From Tubiluchus corallicola (lineage: Eukaryota > Animalia > Priapulida), in NCBI GenBank assembly GCA_030141605.1, contig JAQGDQ010001840.1, positions 17,435 to 23,575 on the forward strand: a stretch of DNA of 6,141 nucleotides, read 5' to 3'. The translations under genes and the position numbers were made by a program. Positions 1 through 6,141 of the stretch are shown here, piece after piece. The notes under the pieces were generated by a model. It was not told the DNA's origin and ran no database searches. It saw only the letters and a list, made by a program, of their open reading frames with translations. How positions within the stretch are numbered: position 1 is the stretch's first letter; each line of letters begins with the position of its first letter.

Positions 1-3
1 ACG

Positions 4-9
4 TGTAGA
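4..9 (+). repeat. Candidate target-site duplication, left copy (TGTAGA)
   Basis: Directly abuts the tail and is identical to 2163-2168. 1-9 ACGTGTAGA vs 2160-2168 ACTTGTAGA match at 8/9. Confidence 0.6.
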
Positions 10-36
10 TAGTAATAGTAATAATAGTAATAGTAA
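10..36 (-). repeat. LINE 3' tandem-repeat tail (TTACTA)n
   Basis: The plus strand reads TAGTAA TAGTAA TAA TAGTAA TAGTAA, directly abutting the AATAAA. CR1/L2-group LINEs end in short tandem repeats rather than poly(A). Confidence 0.85.
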
Positions 37-42
37 TTTATT
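37..42 (-). promoter_or_regulatory. AATAAA polyadenylation-like signal at the LINE 3' end
   Basis: Plus-strand TTTATT immediately adjacent to the repeat tail. Confidence 0.7.
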
Positions 43-98
43 TTCCTCCATATACAATAATTTGACAATAAAATACACAAAAATACAAACAAACATAG

Positions 99-147
99 GA
101 GAAAGGGTGGCGAAAAACCAAAGGTTATCGAGTCAACCACCCTTCTC
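99..147 (-). other. LINE 3' UTR stem-loop (putative RT recognition element)
   Basis: Minus-strand RNA GAGAAGGGUGG-UUGACU-CGA-U-AACC-UUU-GGUU-UU-UCG-CCACCCUUUCUC forms an 11-bp outer stem with one bulge plus an inner CGA/UCG and AACC/GGUU hairpin. It is a GC-rich island in a T-rich UTR, 56 nt before AATAAA. Confidence 0.75.
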
Positions 148-199
148 AAAGGACAGTAAACAAAAGGACGCTAAGGACAGTAGACACAGCTATATTAAA

Positions 200-376
200 A
201 AATACATAAACGTGCAGAAATACAAAAAACAAAAATACAACAGCAAAAGACAAAAATCAAAAACCATGACAAATTTACGAACTACTAAGCAAAATACCTT
301 ACAATTGTTTCTGATAAATACATCTAATAAATACACAAACGTACAGAAATACAAAAACAAAAATACAGCAGCGAAA
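200..376. repeat. Imperfect ~48-bp direct repeat in the LINE 3' UTR (200-248 and 329-376)
   Basis: AAATACATAAACGTGCAGAAATACAAAAAACAAAAATACAACAGCAAAA vs AAATACACAAACGTACAGAAATACAAAAACAAAAATACAGCAGCGAAA. Confidence 0.85.
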
Positions 377-456
377 AAGTGAGTTTGCACCTCATAAAAA
401 TGTTTTTAAGCAAAAGTTACCATAAGAATGTACATCTAACAGACAAAAAAACTGAT

Positions 457-2187
457 TTATTTGTAAGCTTCAAGAAGTGCCTTAGCGTACTGTTTTTTTA
501 GCGAATGCAGAGGTAAAGAAGTTATATGAGCAGGTAGAGAGTTCCATAATACTGATCCCTGATATTTTAACGACGTTTGACCCTTAGATGTATTAAATCG
601 TTCGATAAAGAAAGAACTGTTAGTAGAAAACCTAGTGTTGTAACTGTGAATATCGGATGCTGGCGTATAGTAATTTAGAAACAATTCTGGTAGTAAGTTA
701 TTCTTAAATTTGTATACAAATTTTGCAAGCTCGAGTTTGTAGATATCATTCAGTTTTAAGAGGCCCAATTTAATGTAGGATGGCGTTGCATGTTCCCGTC
801 TACCAGAAAATGTCATCAGCTTAACTATAATGTTTTGATGAGTTTGTATCGGTTTTAAAGTATTTGAAGATGCAGTGCCCCAGGAAAGAATCCCATAGTG
901 AAGATAAGAATAAACCAAAGCATGGTATATTAGTTTTAGTACATCTGTATTTACGTAGTGTCTTATCCTCGCAATTATGCCCTTGATTTTGCTAATTTTG
1001 TAGGTTATGTGTTTTGTTTGTGTAGACCATGTTAAGTTATCATCAATGAACATACCGAGGTATTTAATTTCTTTAGACCTAGTTAATATTTGATTATTCA
1101 TTGAAATCTGGAAATTTTCATATGCGTCTGTTTTGCGGCCAGGCGTAATCAGCATGTATTTTGTCTTTTTATAGTTAATAGACAGTTTGTTAGCTTTCAT
1201 CCACTGATTAATCTTATGCAATTCACTGTTAACTGAAGTTTGTAAATTAATTATCTTTGTATCTGTTAAGAATAGATTAGTGTCATCTGCAAACATTCTA
1301 GTGTGGAAGTTTGAACAGTTTACAAGATCATTTATGTACAAAAGAAACAATATCGGGCCTAGAGTAGAGCCTTGTGGTACTCCACATGTTATAGTAGTTA
1401 GATTTGAGCTAGTATCTCCAATGGAAGTGTACTGTTGTCTGTTGTGCAAGTAAGATGCAAAGAAATTTTGGGATAGTCCTCTAATACCATAATGTTTCAT
1501 TTTTTGGAGTAATATATTATGTTGTACAGTGTCAAAAGCCTTGGACAGATCTAGGAAGATGCCACACACAAATACATTTTTGTCAATATTATTAAGAATT
1601 CTATCGGTTAGTTCAGATACAGCTAAGGCAGTAGAATGATTTTTCCTGAAACCAAATTGGTGTTCTGATAGTATTTTGTTTGTTGAAATGAATTTGTCAA
1701 GCCGGATAAAGATGAGTTTTTCAAATATTTTGGCAACCGGTGAGAGTAAAGATATAGGTCTATAGTTGGTGGGATTTTCAGGTGATTCAGACTTATAAAT
1801 TGGAATTACTTTCGCTAGTTTTAAAATGTTAGGAAATATGCCATCAGTAATCGATTTATTATAAAGTGTCGTTAAGTATGGTGTAATAATGCTGACAGCT
1901 AGTTTATAAAAATAAATTGGAATATTCTCTGGACCTGCAGATTTATTAATGTTTAACTTATTGATTTCCACACATGTTTCATTTTCTAATATAGGGTACA
2001 TAAAAAATGTGCTATTTACTGGGTTCTTCAAAAAAGAATCAAATTTTAGTTCAGTGTATGGTATCTTTCTCGCCATATTGCTACCTATGTTACTAAAAAA
2101 CTGGTTTAGTATTTCACTTATATCCTTATGGTTATTGTACTCATTACCATTTTGTGTTAACTTGTAGAGAACACCAGAAACGAACAC
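457..2187 (-). CDS. Non-LTR retrotransposon ORF2 fragment: reverse transcriptase plus C-terminal region (N-terminally truncated, no endonuclease)
   Basis: Uninterrupted 576-codon frame with canonical LINE RT motifs: KSAGPENIP, AKVIPIYK, NYRPISLLSPVAKIFEK, QFGFRKNHST, FLDLSKAFDTV, GVPQGSTLGPILFLLYINDL, catalytic FADD (1282-1293), KTKYM and KYLG. The C-terminus carries HSYNTR and GSVLWNSLP, typical of CR1/L2-group ORF2. The GTG start at 2187 and the first ~8 codons are probably flanking DNA. The first in-frame ATG is at 2074-2076. Confidence 0.95.
   Translation of the reverse strand: MFVSGVLYKLTQNGNEYNNHKDISEILNQFFSNIGSNMARKIPYTELKFDSFLKNPVNSTFFMYPILENETCVEINKLNINKSAGPENIPIYFYKLAVSIITPYLTTLYNKSITDGIFPNILKLAKVIPIYKSESPENPTNYRPISLLSPVAKIFEKLIFIRLDKFISTNKILSEHQFGFRKNHSTALAVSELTDRILNNIDKNVFVCGIFLDLSKAFDTVQHNILLQKMKHYGIRGLSQNFFASYLHNRQQYTSIGDTSSNLTTITCGVPQGSTLGPILFLLYINDLVNCSNFHTRMFADDTNLFLTDTKIINLQTSVNSELHKINQWMKANKLSINYKKTKYMLITPGRKTDAYENFQISMNNQILTRSKEIKYLGMFIDDNLTWSTQTKHITYKISKIKGIIARIRHYVNTDVLKLIYHALVYSYLHYGILSWGTASSNTLKPIQTHQNIIVKLMTFSGRREHATPSYIKLGLLKLNDIYKLELAKFVYKFKNNLLPELFLNYYTPASDIHSYNTRFSTNSSFFIERFNTSKGQTSLKYQGSVLWNSLPAHITSLPLHSLKKQYAKALLEAYK
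2163..2168 (+). repeat. Candidate target-site duplication, right copy (TGTAGA)
   Basis: Lies where LINE-like protein sequence (KLTQNGNEYNNHKDISEILNQFF) begins and matches 4-9. Confidence 0.6.
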
Positions 2188-3567
2188 TTCTGGACTAAGA
2201 GATGCAGGCGCTAATGTCTATCTAATTAGCGAATGGCGAAATGCACGTAACAGCGAATAACTAGTGGCGCGAACGCGAAGTTGTGTTTGTGTGGTAATAA
2301 TTCTTTCACGCAAGTCATTTTTGAAAAAAATAGTATGTTCAATATCTTAAGAGTAGATTGTTTTGACCTACAGTTTAACATTGGGTCCGATTTTGCTTTA
2401 AACAAAACAAACACCATTTTTTACTTTTATTTATTCTACGTGTCAAATTTATAGCTGTAATTGTGATCTAAAGTCGACCGAAAAGGTTTAGAATAAACTG
2501 ATTCTTGCAAGAGCAAAGTGACATCAACATCAAAACGCTAATAACCAAAAAATGACGCTATCAACAATTTATAGAATGGTGCTTAGCAACAAGTTTATGA
2601 ACAAAATGGTGCCAGCAAAAGTTTTTAATAAAAATGCACTCAATTACTTATTATAGCATTGATGCAAAGCATCTTGGACATTTTATTTTGCGATTCATAC
2701 TTCTTTTCTGCTTAATTTCAATTTTTGTACAGTTTCATTTGATAACGTCGTTGACCATTCACAGATTCACAGTTTCTAAACAATTAAAATTAATAACAGA
2801 CTTACTAATTGCTATATTTATTTATTACTGTGTAAAGCAGTATGTGTATAATGATACATAACAGGTAACAGCAAATTGACATACAGGAAAAGTCTAAACA
2901 TGGTAAACTCATTTGAAAAACTGCTCTTTTAACTGCTATTATACAGCCTCCACTCGCTCGCTTCTTAAGAACTGAAATCATTTGAGTGGGTCTGCAATTA
3001 GAAATCACCACAACCATTTGACAAATTAAGAATTCCAATTGCAAAAGGAGATATTTAGTCCTCAGAGAGGACAGTGGTAATTACAGAGCTTTGAATTTAA
3101 ATCGGTCTTGTGCAATTGAAAGAAGAATATATTACATTTGCAAGTTATTGTGTACTTGATTTATTTCTGTGGAGTCATTTTCTGCAATTTGTTATTTGGA
3201 GTCAAAATTACCATAATCCGAATTTGTTTGAAATATGTAATTTTATGACAGTACTTTGTTTTTTTAGTTTTTACCCTTTTGTCTGCTTCTAACTTCGTTT
3301 TCATTTTTGTCCATTTAAGCTAGCACGTCTGTTTTTTTTGTTTGTTAAACATTAGTGCACGTTTGTTTATTCGTACGTTTGTTTGTTGTTTCGTGATTGG
3401 CTGAAATTAATTCCTTTTTTTCGCTTTATTTATAATTTAATGTAAATTAGTGATAATACCAAGCAGAAATATTAACTTTGCTGATACTAAGCATAACATT
3501 TAGATATTTTTAGCTGTTGTTTTAGTACAGTGGTTGTTTTTACGCCAGTAGCAGACGCCGCCTACCG

Positions 3568-3579
3568 TGTCACGTGACA
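3568..3579. promoter_or_regulatory. Palindromic extended E-box TGTCACGTGACA (USF/MiT-TFE CLEAR-type)
   Basis: Perfect 12-bp palindrome containing GTCACGTGAC in a small CpG-containing patch. Function is not shown. Confidence 0.35.
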
Positions 3580-4019
3580 AAATCGTAAACACAGCATCAC
3601 TGGTCTTTCTCATTAAAATTAAAGCTGTTCCAATAAAGTGTTCTTTAAGTACTTTGTAACGATTATTTAATTGCTTTCTGCAAGATTATAAAATTCATGA
3701 AAAGCGTAATAACAGGTTAACGATTCATTTTCTTCATATAATTTGTTTGTCCAAGAGAAAGAGTTAATAACGCCCATCCTGTAGTGCAATGATACGTAGG
3801 CCTATTCTCCATATTGACAGAGAACCTTTTGTATAATTACGAAGTTCTATTCCTATTACAAAATTTTAATGTAGTGTTTTGACTGGAATTATTTTCTGAG
3901 AAAAATATTCACAATGAGTCATGACATTATTACTCATCATACGTCATCATACCCTGTTGTCCTGGCCACTTATTCGCGGAACGATAAGACAACGTCAGTA
4001 ATTGTCTCATTTTGGGGAG

Positions 4020-4101
4020 TTACTCTTGATAGGTTCCAGCCCCACCACAAGCACCAGCGTGAGCAGAAGGCTTGATTGATTTTGACTTGCAAAGTGCAGA
4101 G
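4020..4101 (-). CDS. Candidate exon following a strong 3' splice site
   Basis: The minus strand reads GCTAACATTTAATATTTATTCGTTCCTCTACAG|, with a CTAAC branch point (4129-4133), pyrimidine tract and CAG, followed by GC-richer sequence. In the phase compatible with the 5337-5514 exon it reads SALCKSKSIKPSAHAGACGGAGTYQE, then either a stop (4020-4022) or a weak GTAACT donor at 4023. Confidence 0.3.
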
Positions 4102-4548
4102 CTGTAGAGGAACGAATAAATATTAAATGTTAGCTGGTATGACAAGCGTCAACGTTTGGGAACTAACTAGATTGAAAGGAAACTTAAATTTACGACTAAA
4201 TAGAAATATTAGTTTAGATTTAGATTCGATTTAGAATAAATAGATACAGAGTTTTGCAGAGTTACCTAAGCATCACACCAGTCCTCCAGGGTGACTTGTT
4301 CAAGATTCACACCGATTTTTTTAGTTTAACACTGTCACTGAGCAGCTCGGCTCTTAGCACAGTACCTTAGTGACTTTAGGAGCAAAATGGGACCTTGTGA
4401 AATGCGGTGAGACCGTCATGTTGTATAGGGAATAGCGGGTCCAGTAACCATGGACAATAACAAGTCACGATTGCTGGTGATGAATACTGGGCGAATGATC
4501 TGGCGACCATCACGCATCACTCTTTATGTAGGGCATAACGGGTATGGC

Positions 4549-4915
4549 GACCACACACCAACCAACGCACAATAAGTTTAGTGACCACACACCAACCAAA
4601 ACATAATCAGTCTGGTGACTACACACCAACCAAAGCATAATCAGTCTAATGACCACACACCAGCCAAAGCACAATAAGTCTGGTGGCCACACACCAACCA
4701 AAGCACAATAAGTCTAGTGACCAGACACCGACCAAAGCATAATCAGTCTGATGACCACACACCAGCCAAAGCACAATACGTCTGGTGACCACACACCAAC
4801 CAAATCACAATAAGTCTGGTGACCATACGTCAGCCAAAGCACGATGTCTGTTGACCACACACCAACCAAAGCACAACAAGTCTGGTGACCACACACCAAC
4901 CAAAGCACAATAAGT
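4549..4915. repeat. 34-bp minisatellite, 11 units, consensus GACCACACACCAACCAAAGCACAATAAGTCTGGT
   Basis: Units start at 4549, 4583, 4617, 4651, 4685, 4719, 4753, 4787, 4821 (32 bp), 4853 and 4887 (partial). A degenerate remnant lies at ~4938-4979. Units are head-to-tail with no spacers. Confidence 0.97.
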
Positions 4916-5150
4916 GCGTAGGTATAACAGGTTTTGTGACCAATGACCAGACAGACTGCAATGGTTTGGTGACCACACATTATGTGGGACAGAATGTGTC
5001 TGCTTACTATTACTAAGCAAACGTGTTGGCTGCTCACTCACACATTTTTTATTACTATAATTCTTTATTTTTAAAAACTATGTACAGAATACATTCCCTC
5101 TATTTGTAGGGATATGTTTAAAATTTCTAAACGCATTTACAACGTATTAG

Positions 5151-5151
<1 letters not shown>

Positions 5152-5227
<76 letters not shown>

Positions 5228-5263
5228 AAAAAAAATATATATATAATATAGATAATATATAAT
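5152..5263. repeat. Compound microsatellite (CA)36 + A13 + imperfect (TA)n
   Basis: Perfect CA repeat 5152-5223, A run 5223-5235, and a TA-rich tract 5236-5263. Confidence 0.98.
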
Positions 5264-5336
5264 TTAGAATCCAACGCATGAGACACATTGAACGACAACG
5301 AATCATATACAATAGATATAGTTACAAGTCACTCAC

Positions 5337-5514
5337 ACAGTGGCGCTGCTAACACAAAATGCAAGCCAATTAATTACAAAAAAGCCAAAAAAGGTTCTAC
5401 GCAAAAGACGCACTGCGTTTAATAAACTTGCCGCCAATTGGGACGCCTCCAAGAGCGGGAAAATTGCGACAAGTTTAACAATAAGTTTATGCCATGGAGA
5501 AACATAAAATGCGT
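5337..5514 (-). CDS. Candidate internal exon (178 nt) of an unidentified gene, hydrophobic C-terminal part
   Basis: On the minus strand the acceptor is CCTGACATTTTCTAG| and the donor is consensus |GTGAGT (5331-5336). Only one frame is open: AFYVSPWHKLIVKLVAIFPLLEASQLAASLLNAVRLLRRTFFGFFVINWLAFCVSSAT. No homology was recognised, and the antisense frame is also open. Confidence 0.35.
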
Positions 5515-5946
5515 CTAGAAAATGTCAGGAATTTTAAAAGAACTCAAGTGATAAGAAGTATAAATTTCACATGTCTAATAAAAAAGCCAGTATGTTGAGT
5601 GTGTCAGGCTCGCTAGCAAAGCCCGGTGCAAAACGATTCATTAAAAGAAGGCAAAATAGCGTGAGAAAGTAATGGAGGCAATAAAGTGTGAAAATTAGAA
5701 AGTTGGAAACGCTTCTGTAATGAGGTTGATTTTAGAGACTCAAAGAAAGATGAGGTTTTATGATTTATATAACAGGTCTAAGTCATGGTGATGAAATTTT
5801 CTGTTTAATGTATAATAATTATGCAGTATTTTTAGTGTTTCACAGTTTTTTATAGGTAACAGGGAAAAGTGGTTGTTTTGACGGTTGTTTGTAAGAGATG
5901 AGCAGATATCAGTTACTATTACCAATGTTGCTGCTCAACTGCTCTG

Positions 5947-5990
5947 CAACAACAACAACAACAACAACAACAACAGCGAAAACAACAGCA

Positions 5991-6048
<58 letters not shown>

Positions 6049-6141
6049 TCATCACCACCACCACGACCAGCACCACCACCAACACCACTAACACCAACAC
6101 CAGCGCCACCACCACCACCACCACCACCACCACCACCACAA
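5947..6141. repeat. Compound trinucleotide microsatellite (CAA)9 / (GAC)18 / imperfect (CAC)n
   Basis: CAA 5947-5973, GAC 5993-6046 and CAC-rich 6050-6141, all in one triplet register and continuing to the window edge. Confidence 0.97.

Larger units (their letters stand above)
10..2162 (-). mobile_element. 5'-truncated non-LTR retrotransposon (LINE), CR1/L2 group (Crack/Daphne/L2-like)
   Basis: The minus strand reads RT ORF, stop at 457-459, T-rich 3' UTR with stem-loop, AATAAA (37-42), then a (TTACTA)n tail (10-36). It is flanked by a TGTAGA direct repeat at 4-9 and 2163-2168. No APE endonuclease domain or ORF1 is present, and an in-frame stop lies upstream at 2218-2220, consistent with 5' truncation. 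Clade assignment is from recalled motif patterns, not a search. Confidence 0.92.

Noticed and set aside
62-390. Lys-rich plus ORF and Phe-rich minus ORF
   Set aside because: Compositional artefacts of the A/T-skewed LINE 3' UTR.
2174-2198. Helitron 3' terminal hairpin
   Set aside because: The stem is only 6 bp and there is no CTRR at the expected distance on either strand.
2915-2970. KKRASGGCIIAVK as a remnant of the LINE APE endonuclease
   Set aside because: This is a single short motif outside the TSD-bounded element, with no other APE motifs (GDFN, SDH) nearby.
1949-3292. Short ORFs 1949-2167, 2226-2417, 2634-2861 and 3110-3292
   Set aside because: One is antisense to the RT and the others are AT-rich low-information frames with no recognisable motifs.
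4020-4101. Family assignment of the candidate exon peptide (Kazal-like HAGAC end; MS4A-like FC-x9-CK or gustatory-receptor-like GFFVIN across the junction)
   Set aside because: The resemblances are short and mutually exclusive, and the required partner motifs (Kazal PVCG..TY.N.C; GR TY..QF) are not found in the window.
4549-4915. CRISPR-like array or RT-associated repeat system
   Set aside because: Units are head-to-tail near-identical with no unique spacers. There are no cas genes, the context is eukaryotic, and the RT 2.4 kb away is an ordinary LINE RT.
4510-5041. Three minus-strand ORFs (63, 107 and 78 aa) rich in W/C/V
   Set aside because: They are translations of the 34-bp repeat, whose minus-strand consensus lacks stop codons. 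The same peptide motifs cycle through all frames.
5341-5507. Plus-strand frame containing RKRRTAF (homeodomain arm-like) and DASKSGKI (EF-hand-like)
   Set aside because: There are no homeodomain helices or WFQN motif, the EF-hand position-12 Glu is absent, and no good plus-strand donor exists. It cannot be fully excluded as a terminal exon (AATAAA at 5577-5582).
5885-6139. Poly-N/D/H and poly-V ORFs
   Set aside because: Microsatellite translations with non-ATG starts.

Overview
AT-rich eukaryotic (probably invertebrate metazoan) genomic DNA. Bases ~10-2162 hold a 5'-truncated but frame-intact non-LTR retrotransposon (LINE) on the minus strand. It is CR1/L2-group, most like Crack/Daphne/L2, and has a complete reverse transcriptase domain, a ~410-nt 3' UTR with a stem-loop and internal repeats, AATAAA, a (TTACTA)n tail and a candidate 6-bp target-site duplication (TGTAGA). 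The rest looks intronic or intergenic. It contains a 34-bp minisatellite of 11 units (4549-4915), a (CA)36-A13-(TA)n microsatellite, and a single-register compound trinucleotide array (AAC, GAC, CAC) that runs off the window end. There are also several phase-compatible candidate minus-strand exons of an unrecognised gene and a few textbook transcription-factor motifs. No rRNA, tRNA, CRISPR array or prokaryotic system is supported, and I found no convincing novel system. The best leads are the apparently young LINE insertion, the structured minisatellite and the cryptic exon chain.
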